From Syntrophomonadaceae bacterium (GTDB taxonomy: Bacteria > Bacillota > Dethiobacteria > DTU022), in the NCBI GenBank assembly GCA_003554615.1, contig PWGX01000003.1, forward strand, positions 2,894 to 66,893: 64,000 nt of DNA. Direction: 5' to 3'. The position numbers and the translations under genes were made by a program. The notes beneath the pieces were generated by a model. That model was given only the letters and a program-made list of their open reading frames with translations. It searched no databases and was not told the origin of the DNA. This document shows positions 53,357 to 63,133 of the stretch, piece by piece (the first letter of the stretch is position 1; each line of letters starts with the position of its first letter).

Positions 53357-54733
53357 TTGGAATATCTAATAGTTGGTAACAGCGCAGCCGCGGTGGGGGC
53401 AATCGAGTCAATCCGCCGGATTGACCAAAAAGGCAACCTGGCCGTGGTCAGCAATGAGCAAGAACACGTTTATTCCCGGCCATTAATAGCGCATTACCTG
53501 GCCGGAGATGTAACCGAAGACCGCATGCCTTACCGCCCGGAAGATTTTTATCAAAAGCACAGGGTAAAAACCTATCTTGGCAGAACAGTCACAGAAGTGG
53601 ACTCCCTGGCCGAACAGGTCTGCCTGGAAGACGGATCCACCCTAAAATATGACCGTTTGCTTCTCACAACCGGATCGAAGGTCAATGTTCCACCCATTCC
53701 CGGTTGTGAGGAATTCGAGGGAGTCGGTATTTTCCAGACTTACCAGGATGCCAGGCAAATAATGGACCGCTTAAAAAAAGGCAACCGGGCCGTAGTAATC
53801 GGCGCCGGTTTGATCGGCCTGCGTGCAGCTTACGGGCTCGAAGAAGCCGGTGCGGAAGTAACCCTGGTCGAACTGCTGCCCCGGATTGCCAGCAGGGTCC
53901 TCGATCAGAAAGGCTCTGAACTGGTCCGCAAAGGCTTGGAAGAAGGAGGCGTCAATGTTATAACCGGCTGCTCTGTCCGGGAAATTAACGGCAACAGCTC
54001 AGACGGAGTTACCGGGATTACTCTTGATAACGGAGAAAAAATTGACTGCAGCATCGTAATCATCGCCACAGGAGTGGCCCCCAACACCGCCCTGGCCGAA
54101 AACACCCTGATAGAAGTTAATATGGGCATCGTCGTCAATCCATTTTTCCAGACCTCTTTCTCCAATATATTTGCCGCCGGTGATGTGGCCGAAACCCACG
54201 ACATCCCCAGGCAAAGCGGGATGGTCAATGCCAACTGGCCCAATGCCTACGAACAGGGCCGCTATGCGGGAATGTGCATGGCCGGTGAAATGCAGCGTTA
54301 CCCCGGCTCGGTGGGTATGAATTCAGTTTCTTTTTATAACATGCCGGTTATTTCCATGGGCTTGTTCGATCCTGAATCTGAAGGCATAGAAGGGACGGAA
54401 GTTAAAGTAAGAATCAGCGAAAAGAACAATATTTATCAAAAGCTGGTTTTTAAAGACAACCGTCTCAAAGGGGCGATCCTGATTGGCGACATCAGCTATG
54501 CAGGCGCAATCAACAACTTGATCAGGGAGCAAAGCCTGGTGGGCATCATTAAGGATTCGATCCTGGAAGAAAAATACCAGCTGTACGATTACCTGCGTAA
54601 GAAAAGGGAAGCTGATATGGAAGGAACCACCATTGAGTGGCCGGAAACTCACTCTTCAACCAGGCGCTATGAAAAGAGTTTTAACGAAGAAAGCTGGACT
54701 GAAAGAGAGCTGGATAACAGGGCCTGGCGTTAA
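53357..54733 (+). CDS. FAD-dependent pyridine nucleotide-disulfide oxidoreductase family protein (AorC-like)
   Basis: It has two dinucleotide folds (IVGNSAAAVGA, VVIGAGLIGLRAAYGL) and AAGDVA. The TTG start lies 9 nt after GGGGAGG. Confidence 0.75.
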   Translation: MEYLIVGNSAAAVGAIESIRRIDQKGNLAVVSNEQEHVYSRPLIAHYLAGDVTEDRMPYRPEDFYQKHRVKTYLGRTVTEVDSLAEQVCLEDGSTLKYDRLLLTTGSKVNVPPIPGCEEFEGVGIFQTYQDARQIMDRLKKGNRAVVIGAGLIGLRAAYGLEEAGAEVTLVELLPRIASRVLDQKGSELVRKGLEEGGVNVITGCSVREINGNSSDGVTGITLDNGEKIDCSIVIIATGVAPNTALAENTLIEVNMGIVVNPFFQTSFSNIFAAGDVAETHDIPRQSGMVNANWPNAYEQGRYAGMCMAGEMQRYPGSVGMNSVSFYNMPVISMGLFDPESEGIEGTEVKVRISEKNNIYQKLVFKDNRLKGAILIGDISYAGAINNLIREQSLVGIIKDSILEEKYQLYDYLRKKREADMEGTTIEWPETHSSTRRYEKSFNEESWTERELDNRAWR

Positions 54734-54752
54734 CTGACGGCTTTTTAGAGAG

Positions 54753-56621
54753 GTGATTAATGTGGAAGAAACAAGACCGCTATGCGTCAATGCAATCGTA
54801 AACCTTACCGATCGCACTGTCGATTTTGTGGAAACTCCGGAAGAAATAATCAGGAATTTCGTCGGCGGTCGCGGATTGAATATGTACTACCTTTACAAGT
54901 ATTTAAAACCCCAGGCCGACCCGCTATCACCCGATAACGTCCTTATCCTGGGTACCGGGATATTAACCGGCACCCTGGCCCCCAATACCGGGCGGCACAG
55001 CGTTACCTGCAAATCTCCCGAATCGGGGATCATAGGCGATTCCAATATCGGAGGATTCCTGGGCCCTGAAATGCGGTTTGCCGGAATTGACCGGTTGATC
55101 ATCCTCGGCAAAGCAGACAAGCCGGTCTACCTCTACCTGGAAGACGGTAAAGTGGAAATTCGCGAGGCTTCGGACTACTGGGGCCTCCTCTGCAGCCAAA
55201 CGGAGGCCAAGTTCCATTACGACCTGGGCTCCGATGTAGAAGTACAGTCCATCGGCCCGGCCGGGGAAAACCTGGTCCGCTTTGCCTGCACCCGCTACGG
55301 CGTAAAAAATGCCGCCGGGCGCTGCGGCACCGGGGCGGTCTGGGGCTCCAAAAACTTGAAAGCCGTGGTGGCCAGGGGCAACCGCGGACTGCCGGTAGCC
55401 GATCCCCAGGGCATGATCAACAAATATATCGAGCTGAGGGATTATCTCAAAGAATCCAAGGTAATCAACGTCCTGGGCCGGGTAGGGACTCCCCTGCTCT
55501 ATGACGTCAGCAATTACCTGGGCGCCATTCGGACCCACAACAGCCAGCAAACCGTTTTTTTCGATACCCTCAATGCTGAAGAAGTCCATAAGCATGTAGA
55601 AAAAATGATTGGCTGTTACGGCTGCGTGGTTCACTGCCGCCACCGCAATACTTTAGGCGGTGAAGGCCCCGAATATACCACTGAAGTGCTTCTTGGAGCA
55701 AACATTGGGGTTGCCGATACCGCCAAAATGATCGATTTAAACAACCTTGTTAACGACCTCGGCCTTGATGTTTCCTCCACCGGAACATATATCGCCTGGG
55801 CAATCGAACTGTTTGAGAAAGGATACCTGAACGAAGAAACAGCGGGCCGGATCCTTCGTTTTGGCGATTACAACCTGGCCAGGGACTTGATCTACGATAT
55901 CGCCTACCGGAAAGGCCTGGGAGATACCCTGGCCGAAGGGAGCAGGCTGGTCCAAAAATTTGGCCCGGAAACGGCAGATTTCCTGATTGCCATTAAAGGC
56001 CTCCCCCAGTCCGATCCGCATGATGTACGCTACCTGAAGGGTTTTGCCCTCGGCATCGCCACCTCTTCCCGCGGTGCAGACCACCTCCGGAGCAGGCCGA
56101 CCCTGGAAATCCTGGATCTGCCAGTCTCATTTACCACCCAGCTTTACGGTGAACCGGTCGACCCCAACCCGACTTCATATGAATCGAAAAGCACGGTGGT
56201 TAATTTCAGCGAAACCATCTATGCCGTTGTCGACTGCATGGGCATCTGCAAGTTTGTCTGCCATGGATTTAACAGCCCTCGCAACCTGAACTACGATCAC
56301 TTCAGCGAACTGACCAGGCTGGCTACCGGCCTGGAGTTCAGCAAAGATCAATTGAAACAGGTGGGACGCAGGGTTCTCGACCAGGAAAGGCTGCTCAACT
56401 ACCAGGAAAAAGGTATCACCAGGAAAGACGACACCCTGCCGGCCCGTTACTTTGATGAACCCATGCCCAGCGCCCGGGCTAAGGGCAGCCATATTGACCG
56501 GGAAGGTTTTAACAAGATGCTCGATGAATACTATGAACTGGCCGGATGGGATAAAGACGGCATGCTTCCCAGGGAAAGGATCGAAGAACTAAACCGGCTC
56601 AGGGATCTGACTGAAAAATAG
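54753..56621 (+). CDS. tungsten-type aldehyde:ferredoxin oxidoreductase family protein (AorB-like)
   Basis: It has the AOR N- and C-terminal domains (GGRGLNMYYLYK, PDNVLILGTGILTGT, GSKNLKAVVARG, DxxGxC-type CMGICKF). An alternative start is GTG 54762. Confidence 0.85.
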   Translation: MINVEETRPLCVNAIVNLTDRTVDFVETPEEIIRNFVGGRGLNMYYLYKYLKPQADPLSPDNVLILGTGILTGTLAPNTGRHSVTCKSPESGIIGDSNIGGFLGPEMRFAGIDRLIILGKADKPVYLYLEDGKVEIREASDYWGLLCSQTEAKFHYDLGSDVEVQSIGPAGENLVRFACTRYGVKNAAGRCGTGAVWGSKNLKAVVARGNRGLPVADPQGMINKYIELRDYLKESKVINVLGRVGTPLLYDVSNYLGAIRTHNSQQTVFFDTLNAEEVHKHVEKMIGCYGCVVHCRHRNTLGGEGPEYTTEVLLGANIGVADTAKMIDLNNLVNDLGLDVSSTGTYIAWAIELFEKGYLNEETAGRILRFGDYNLARDLIYDIAYRKGLGDTLAEGSRLVQKFGPETADFLIAIKGLPQSDPHDVRYLKGFALGIATSSRGADHLRSRPTLEILDLPVSFTTQLYGEPVDPNPTSYESKSTVVNFSETIYAVVDCMGICKFVCHGFNSPRNLNYDHFSELTRLATGLEFSKDQLKQVGRRVLDQERLLNYQEKGITRKDDTLPARYFDEPMPSARAKGSHIDREGFNKMLDEYYELAGWDKDGMLPRERIEELNRLRDLTEK

Positions 56622-56634
56622 GGGGATTGATAAT

Positions 56635-57102
56635 ATGGCCGTGAGACAAAAACAAATTTACTGCCGCCCCACGCTGTGCATCGGATGCCGAATTTGCGCC
56701 AATGCCTGTGCCCTAACCCACGAAGGAGAAGCGAACCCTCGCCTGGGCAGGATCGGCATCCGGCAAAACCTTTTTGAGCGCTACGAGTACCAGGAGTTGT
56801 GCCGTCACTGCGACGAGCCTCCCTGCCTCGATGCCTGCATGGTTGGCTGTATTGAAAAGGACGAGAAAACAGGAATTGTCACCAACGATGACCGCTGTGT
56901 AGGCTGCTGGATGTGTGTGATGGTCTGCCCTTACGGCAGCATGAAAAGAAACCTGGTCAAACAGATGGCCGTCAAATGCGACCAGTGCAAAGATCTTGAT
57001 GGGCCGGTGTGCGTAGAAGCCTGCCCCACCGGGGCCCTGGTATATGAAGACAGGGAAGACGAGCCTGAAAAACCCTTCTTTACCGGCCCTTCTGTAACCT
57101 GA
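56635..57102 (+). CDS. poly-[4Fe-4S] ferredoxin subunit (AorA-like)
   Basis: 155 aa with four Cys clusters (CIGCRICANAC, CRHCDEPPC, CVGCWMCVMVCP, CDQC...CVEACP). Confidence 0.8.
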   Translation: MAVRQKQIYCRPTLCIGCRICANACALTHEGEANPRLGRIGIRQNLFERYEYQELCRHCDEPPCLDACMVGCIEKDEKTGIVTNDDRCVGCWMCVMVCPYGSMKRNLVKQMAVKCDQCKDLDGPVCVEACPTGALVYEDREDEPEKPFFTGPSVT

Positions 57103-57126
57103 TTACACCAGACAGGGGTATGGACA

Positions 57127-57405
57127 GTGAGCATAAAAATCGAATTTAAATCGGCGTTGAAAGATGTCACCGGCACCTCAAAAGCCGCCCTGGACAAATC
57201 TTTCAACACCTTCGAAAAAGCGCTAAACGAACTGATCAGGCAGTACCCCGGCTTGAAAGACGAGATGTTCTATTCTGACGGGACTATCGATTTTGCCTAC
57301 CAGATCTTTCACAACGGAAGGCGCCTTTCATGGCCGGAAGACAAAGAAGTTAAACTTAAAGACGGCGATGAGCTGGTATTTTTAATTTTCATGGCCGGCG
57401 GCTAA
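57127..57405 (+). CDS. MoaD/ThiS-family ubiquitin-like sulfur-carrier protein
   Basis: 92 aa ending in ...FMAGG (C-terminal Gly-Gly). It lies directly downstream of the AOR genes. Confidence 0.7.
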   Translation: MSIKIEFKSALKDVTGTSKAALDKSFNTFEKALNELIRQYPGLKDEMFYSDGTIDFAYQIFHNGRRLSWPEDKEVKLKDGDELVFLIFMAGG

Positions 57406-57518
57406 AAACAGTTTACATCTTAACTAAGGCTTAGCACGGGCAAACCCGGCAAAAACTGCATATCTAATAATTCAAAAACAGAACCCCGGCAGTAAAAATC
57501 TTTTGGGAAAAGGTGATC

Positions 57519-58796
57519 ATGGTGATTAACCAACTGTTTTCCGGGAAAAACAGATCGGGTGTTCATTACGGCTACGTTATCATCAGCATCGGGACAATAA
57601 TTGTAGTCGGTTCGCTTGGTTTTGCCCGGTTTGGCTATACGATGATCCTCCCGGTTATGCAGCGCAACCTGGAATTAAGCTCCACCGAGATGGGGCTTCT
57701 GGCAACCGGGAACCTGACCGGATACCTGGTCTTTTCATTCCTGGGAGGGATCCTGGCCAGCAGGTACGGCCCGAAAGTGGTCATCACCTGCTCCCTGTTC
57801 ATGGTCGCCCTGGCCATGATCGGGACCGGCTTCACCCAGGGTTTTGCCCTGGCCTTTTTCATGCGCCTGATTACCGGTTTGGGCAGCGGGGGCAGCAATG
57901 TCCCCATGATGGGGCTGGCCTCTTCCTGGTTTTCTCCCCGCAAAAGGGGCATGGCCACCGGCCTGATGTCCGGCGGCAGCGGAATTGGCCTGGTCCTGGT
58001 CGGAATAGTGCTGCCCAGGATTTTCGGCTACTACGGTGATTTCGGCTGGCGGGTGGGCTGGTACCTGCTCGGCGGCCTGGTGTTCTTAATTGCCATTTTA
58101 GGATATAAATTTTTGGTTAACCGGCCCGGTCTGCTCGGCCTGCCCCTGGTCGGGGGAGAAAAAGAACCCGAAGGCGGCGGTAAAGCATCAACCCTGCAGT
58201 GGTCCCTCGTTTTTCGGTCCAGGACAATCTGGCACCTGGCCGTAATTTATTTTCTTTTTGGCTTTTCATACATCATCTATTCTACTTTCTTTGCCTCTTT
58301 CTTAGTCGATGAAAGGGGCATGCTGGAGACAACCGCCGGCAGTTTATGGGCGCTGATCGGCGTGCTCAGTATTTTCAGCGGCCTTTTATGGGGCATGTTT
58401 TCAGATCATTTCGGCCGCAGGGCCGGTTTTGCAGCCATATTTACCCTCCAGTTTGTTTCCTTCCTTATCTTCTCACAGACTTATGATTTTACCGGCTACC
58501 TGATTTCTTCTGTCCTCTTTGGGCTGACCGCCTGGAGTATCCCCGGGGTCATGGCCGCCAGCGCCGGCGATCACCTCGGGAGCAGGCTTGCCCCGGCAGG
58601 CCTGGGTCTGGTCACTCTCATTTTTGGCATTGGGCAGGCGCTGGGGCCGGCCATTGCCGGGTACCTGGCCGACCTGACCGCATCTTTTTCCCTCGCTTTC
58701 CTGCTGGCTGCCTGTGGCGCCCTGCTTGGAGCGGTTGTGTCCTTGTTTTTAAAACTGCAGCAGGAATCCGGCCCAGCCAACTTGATGAAAATGTAA
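57519..58796 (+). CDS. MFS transporter
   Basis: About 12 predicted TM helices and an MFS loop motif (GILASRYGPK). The start could also be GTG 57513. Confidence 0.75.
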   Translation: MVINQLFSGKNRSGVHYGYVIISIGTIIVVGSLGFARFGYTMILPVMQRNLELSSTEMGLLATGNLTGYLVFSFLGGILASRYGPKVVITCSLFMVALAMIGTGFTQGFALAFFMRLITGLGSGGSNVPMMGLASSWFSPRKRGMATGLMSGGSGIGLVLVGIVLPRIFGYYGDFGWRVGWYLLGGLVFLIAILGYKFLVNRPGLLGLPLVGGEKEPEGGGKASTLQWSLVFRSRTIWHLAVIYFLFGFSYIIYSTFFASFLVDERGMLETTAGSLWALIGVLSIFSGLLWGMFSDHFGRRAGFAAIFTLQFVSFLIFSQTYDFTGYLISSVLFGLTAWSIPGVMAASAGDHLGSRLAPAGLGLVTLIFGIGQALGPAIAGYLADLTASFSLAFLLAACGALLGAVVSLFLKLQQESGPANLMKM

Positions 58797-58858
58797 TTCC
58801 ATAGTAAGATTACCAATACAAAGCCAGGGCAGAACCACAGGAGGCAGGATAAGCAGCC

Positions 58859-60193
58859 ATGCTCAAAACATTTCAGGCCATCATCCGAGCTGTGGAAAAA
58901 ATGGCCCAGTTTTTACTGGTCGACATATGGCGCATCTCTTCAAATAGGCTCACCCCCGGGAAGAGTTTTCTGCTCAACCAGCTACGTATCATGGTCATCG
59001 CTTTTAGGGGCGTCAAAGAAGACAAGATCCTTTTGAGGGCCCCGGCCCTCACATTTTACTCCCTGTTCAGCATTGTTCCGGTAGCGGCCCTGGCTTTTGG
59101 TATTGCCCAGGGATTCGGGATGGAAAGGTACCTGGAAATGCAGCTCCAGGCCACCCTGGGAGGAAGAGAAGAAGTTTATTACTGGCTGATGGAGCTTACT
59201 GAAATGCTGCTTGATGAAATTCATGGTGGCACCCTGGCCGCTTTCGGCCTGGTCACCCTTATATACACCATCACCATGCTTTTGAACAACATCGAAAAAT
59301 CCTTTAATGAAATATGGCAGGTCAGCCGGGGAAGGCCCCTATCCCGGAAACTTAGCGACTACTTTGCCATGATATTTGTTCTGCCCATTTTCTTTATTAT
59401 GGCCAGTGTGGTTACCGTCTACCTTAACACCCGGGTGGAAGAAGTCAACGGAGCTATTATTGATCTCCCGCTCATGATTATCGCATACCTGTTCCCTTAC
59501 TTGATTATTTGGATCCTTTTTACCCTTCTCTTTATGGTCATGCCCAATACCAGGGTTCGCTTCAAGTCGGCTCTGATTGCCGGAATCATTTCGGGAACCG
59601 TTTTTCAGCTGGCCCAGTGGGGCTACATAGCCTTTCAAATCGGCGCCGCCAGGTTCGGGGCTATGTACGGTTCATTTGCCGCCCTGCCCCTGCTGATGAT
59701 CTGGATGCAAATAAGCTGGATTATCGTCCTCTTTGGAGCCGAGCTGTCTTACGCCAACCACAACGTCGGAAGTTACGAATTTGAATTTGAAACCAGGAAT
59801 ATCAGCCCTTTCAATAAAAAAATACTTTCACTTTATGTCCTGCAGTTTTTAATCACCAATTTTATGCATGGAGCCGGCCCGTCCACCCCGGACCGGGTTT
59901 CCCACAGCCTGCATATACCAAACAGCCTGGTGCGAAGCATCCTCAATGATTTGGCAGAAGCGGGCTTGATTAACCCGGTCAGGACAGAGTTTGATAAGGA
60001 AAGTTCATACCAGCCGGCCCTGGACATAAATCAAATCAGTATTAAAACAGCATTGGAACACCTGGAACATAAAGGAACAGACACCCTGATCGCCAAGCCA
60101 ACCTCAGCTCTTGAAACTCTTAAAACCACCCTTGACCACTTTGGCGCCTTAATTGAGGAATCTGATCACAATAAACTGCTTAAAGATTTATAA
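58859..60193 (+). CDS. YihY/BrkB-family membrane protein with a C-terminal soluble domain
   Basis: LRAPALTFYSLFSIVPVAALAF...YGSFAALPLLMIWMQISWIIVLFGAELSYA is the YihY core. Confidence 0.75.
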   Translation: MLKTFQAIIRAVEKMAQFLLVDIWRISSNRLTPGKSFLLNQLRIMVIAFRGVKEDKILLRAPALTFYSLFSIVPVAALAFGIAQGFGMERYLEMQLQATLGGREEVYYWLMELTEMLLDEIHGGTLAAFGLVTLIYTITMLLNNIEKSFNEIWQVSRGRPLSRKLSDYFAMIFVLPIFFIMASVVTVYLNTRVEEVNGAIIDLPLMIIAYLFPYLIIWILFTLLFMVMPNTRVRFKSALIAGIISGTVFQLAQWGYIAFQIGAARFGAMYGSFAALPLLMIWMQISWIIVLFGAELSYANHNVGSYEFEFETRNISPFNKKILSLYVLQFLITNFMHGAGPSTPDRVSHSLHIPNSLVRSILNDLAEAGLINPVRTEFDKESSYQPALDINQISIKTALEHLEHKGTDTLIAKPTSALETLKTTLDHFGALIEESDHNKLLKDL

Positions 60194-60296
60194 AGCCGGA
60201 CCTGTTTTTTCGATTAAAGCATTCACCTGGAATTATAAAACTGTTATTATATAATAAGTAGGAAAAGATAGTTTTGTCCAGTAAAGTGGGGGATAA

Positions 60297-60506
60297 ATGA
60301 GTATGTCAATGAAACAGTTGCGCATATTTTGGACAGTTCTTTTCGCTTTTATGATCCTGGCTGCATTCATCGTGCCTTTCACGCCACTTCTAGGCGATTT
60401 TGCCAGCTTTTACGGCGCTTTTTTATTCTGGAATGTTTTCGCCATAATCGTGATTATATGCCTGGGCCTGATCACTGCAAAGTGGAGGGATTTTGATGAA
60501 CGCTAG
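60297..60506 (+). CDS. small two-TM membrane protein (DUF3311-like accessory of sodium:solute symporters)
   Basis: 69 aa with two hydrophobic helices. It overlaps the start of the symporter gene, which is a typical arrangement. Confidence 0.55.
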   Translation: MSMSMKQLRIFWTVLFAFMILAAFIVPFTPLLGDFASFYGAFLFWNVFAIIVIICLGLITAKWRDFDER

Positions 60507-61974
60507 CACTATTTACCTGGCCCTGTTTTTATACTTTTTTGTGGGTTCTATTATCGCCCGCTATGCCCGCAAAAAAATGGGCAAAGGGGTTAACGATTTT
60601 TTCCTGGCCGGAAGGACCCTTGGCGGAATTGTTGCGGCCCTCACCTACAGCGCCACCACCTACAGCGCTTTTATGCTGATCGGTTTGGCCGGTTTCACTT
60701 ATATTGGCGGGGTCGGGGCCCTTGGGTTCGAGTTAATTTACCTATCCGGCCTGGTCCTGGTCGCTTTCTTCGGTCCCCGGTTCTGGCTGGCCGGAAAACG
60801 ATACAATTACCTTACCCCCACCGAGCTGCTAGGTGATCGCTACCAGAGCAAAGCGGTGGCCGCCGTCGCTGCCGTTGCAGCTGTAATATTTCTCATTCCT
60901 TACAGTGCAGTGCAGCTGATCGGTATTGGTGCACTGGTTGAGGGCATTTCCGGCGGTGCCGTGCCTTTTATGGCCGGGGTCTTTATAGCAGCAGTAATTG
61001 CCGTTTACTGGACCTGGACGGGCGGCCTGCGGGCAGTCGCCTGGACCGATTCACTGCAGGGGGCTGTGATGCTGATCGTAGCCACTGTATCGGTTTTCTT
61101 TATTGTTTACCGCGGCTTTGGCGGCTTTAACCAGATGTTTGCCCAGCTTGAAGCCCAGTATCCGGCCTGGTTAACCGTTCCGGGCCCGGGGTTCTTTAAT
61201 ATTCACGCTTTTATAGGGCTGACCCTGCCCTGGTTCTTTTTCTCTTTATCAAACCCCCAGGTAAGCCAGCGCCTGTTTATGCCCAGATCCCTTAACCAGA
61301 TGCGGATCATGGTCATGGGTTTCCTGGTCTTTGGTTTTATCTATACCCTGGTGTCCATATTCTGGGGCTTTTCTGCCCGGCTGCTCCTGCCCGATTTAGA
61401 AGTAGCCGACGCCGCCACCCCGGCCCTGCTCGGATTAGACCTGGTTCCCCAGGTGGTTGCCCTCCTGGTTATGCTTGGAATTAGTGCAGCGGCCGTTTCC
61501 ACGGTCAACTCAATTATTTTAACCCTGTCTTCAATGATTACCCGTGATGTGTTTAAAAACCTGGGCGGCAAAGCTGATGAGCACCGCGAACTGTTGATAG
61601 GTAGGATTTTCGTGCCGCTATTTACCGCGGTTATCCTGTTTTTCGCCACTTTACGCCTTGATTTGATTGCCACCCTGTCGGTGGCCTCTTCATCAGGTCT
61701 CCTGGTGATGGTCCCGGCCTTGATTGGCGCTTTTTTCTGGAAAAAGGGCACTGCTGCTGCCGTCCTGGCCAGCGTCCTGGTAGGCGGAACTATGGCCACA
61801 GTTTTTCTATATACGGGAGTATACCCGCTCGGGCTGTGGCCCGGCGTCTGGAGCGGAATTGTTTCAACTGTACTTTTTATCGGGGTCAGCTTGTTTACCA
61901 GGGCTCCTGAGCATAAAGCCGAAGAGTTTATTGGCTATATTCAGCAAGAGTTAAATGACAAAAAAATTATCTAA
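60493..61974 (+). CDS. sodium:solute symporter (SSS family)
   Basis: 493-aa polytopic protein with FFLAGRTLGG near the N-terminus and a GGLRAVAWTDSLQG block. Confidence 0.8.
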   Translation: MMNASTIYLALFLYFFVGSIIARYARKKMGKGVNDFFLAGRTLGGIVAALTYSATTYSAFMLIGLAGFTYIGGVGALGFELIYLSGLVLVAFFGPRFWLAGKRYNYLTPTELLGDRYQSKAVAAVAAVAAVIFLIPYSAVQLIGIGALVEGISGGAVPFMAGVFIAAVIAVYWTWTGGLRAVAWTDSLQGAVMLIVATVSVFFIVYRGFGGFNQMFAQLEAQYPAWLTVPGPGFFNIHAFIGLTLPWFFFSLSNPQVSQRLFMPRSLNQMRIMVMGFLVFGFIYTLVSIFWGFSARLLLPDLEVADAATPALLGLDLVPQVVALLVMLGISAAAVSTVNSIILTLSSMITRDVFKNLGGKADEHRELLIGRIFVPLFTAVILFFATLRLDLIATLSVASSSGLLVMVPALIGAFFWKKGTAAAVLASVLVGGTMATVFLYTGVYPLGLWPGVWSGIVSTVLFIGVSLFTRAPEHKAEEFIGYIQQELNDKKII

Positions 61975-62003
61975 GGCCGGCTAAACAATACAGGAGATTA
62001 TTA

Positions 62004-62870
62004 CTATACCTGTCGCCGGGAAACTTGATTCCCATAGAGAGAGTGCCTGAGGTTTTTGACCTTTCCCTGGTCAAGATTAAAAGTAACGTAGCTGAGATCA
62101 TGTTCTACCTGCCCGGCCTGGATGCACCACGTTTTGCCAATCTTTGCAGCCCATATCCCTCCGTTATAAGTCGGCGCTTCATGGATGTGGCCGTGAATGG
62201 AAAGCAGGGGTTGTCTTTCTAACAAAAACTGGTATACCGCCGGGTTCCCAACCCGGTTCCCGGTAGCACAAAGATCCAGCTCCATGCCGCTTGGCGGATC
62301 GTGGATCAGCCAGATGGACTGCTCGAGATTGTTGACCTGACCGGCCATATTCTCCAGCGATTCTTTAACTGAAAGTTTGCCCTTTAGGTACTCCCCCAGG
62401 TCCGGTATGATTTCTATATCATTATCACTGTTGATTACTGCCGGTGGCCCGAGCTGAATAGGATCAATATAAACTTCTCCCGGGCTGTCCGGGGCTACCC
62501 AGTACTTATAAGCAAAGGGATAATCCCGGATCCAGGGGCACCCGCAAAACTCGTACCCTTTTACTTTACGGGCCCGGTCAGGGATGTAGTGCCAGAGCCC
62601 CCCCCGATCCCCCTTCTCCATTTCCGGGATCATCAGCTGGTTATCATCATTGCCGAGAATCAGGATAAGCTCCGCCCTCATTGCCCGTATGGCAGAGGCA
62701 TAATCCTTGAGGCAGTGCACAAATAGCACCTGGGCCAGGATTCCTTCGTACTTGGGCAGCAAATCTCCCGCTATCAGAACCAGGTCCGGTTTTTCTTTTT
62801 CTACTGCCTTAACAAGCATCTCCCAGTGACGCTCTGATTGATGGACATCGGCCATGGCCAGCACTTTCAC
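62004..62870 (-). CDS. calcineurin-like metallophosphoesterase
   Basis: It carries MADVH, IAGDL, GNDD and HGHIH blocks. Confidence 0.75.
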   Translation of the reverse strand: MKVLAMADVHQSERHWEMLVKAVEKEKPDLVLIAGDLLPKYEGILAQVLFVHCLKDYASAIRAMRAELILILGNDDNQLMIPEMEKGDRGGLWHYIPDRARKVKGYEFCGCPWIRDYPFAYKYWVAPDSPGEVYIDPIQLGPPAVINSDNDIEIIPDLGEYLKGKLSVKESLENMAGQVNNLEQSIWLIHDPPSGMELDLCATGNRVGNPAVYQFLLERQPLLSIHGHIHEAPTYNGGIWAAKIGKTWCIQAGQVEHDLSYVTFNLDQGKVKNLRHSLYGNQVSRRQV

Positions 62871-63007
62871 TGTTAACAGTACCTCCTGTTATGCAGGTAT
62901 AAAGTACGTATAAGGTATTTTTACAGGAAAAACAGGTTCAGATCAAGCAACCCTCCAGTGTGATAAAGGCAGCTACCGGGCTGAATTAAAGGGATGCCAG
63001 CCATAAA

Positions 63008-63058
63008 GACGGGGATGAACAACGCTTCACACAGCGATCGGTATTCATCCCCGTTTTT
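63008..63058. terminator. terminator-like hairpin downstream of the AIM24-like gene
   Basis: Stem ACGGGGATGAA / TTCATCCCCGT (11 bp). The plus strand has TTTTT after it, and the minus strand has TCTTTAT after it. Confidence 0.5.
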
Positions 63059-63133
63059 CCTGAAAGCTTTTGGAGCAAATTTACCCTGCCTGGTTCTTTG
63101 TTGAAACCTGCCGCCCTTAAAACCAGGGTTCAA

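Noticed and set aside
62921-63133. A 70-aa minus-strand ORF between the AIM24-like gene and the phosphoesterase.
   Set aside because: It spans the terminator hairpin at 63008-63054, has no SD and shows no family resemblance.
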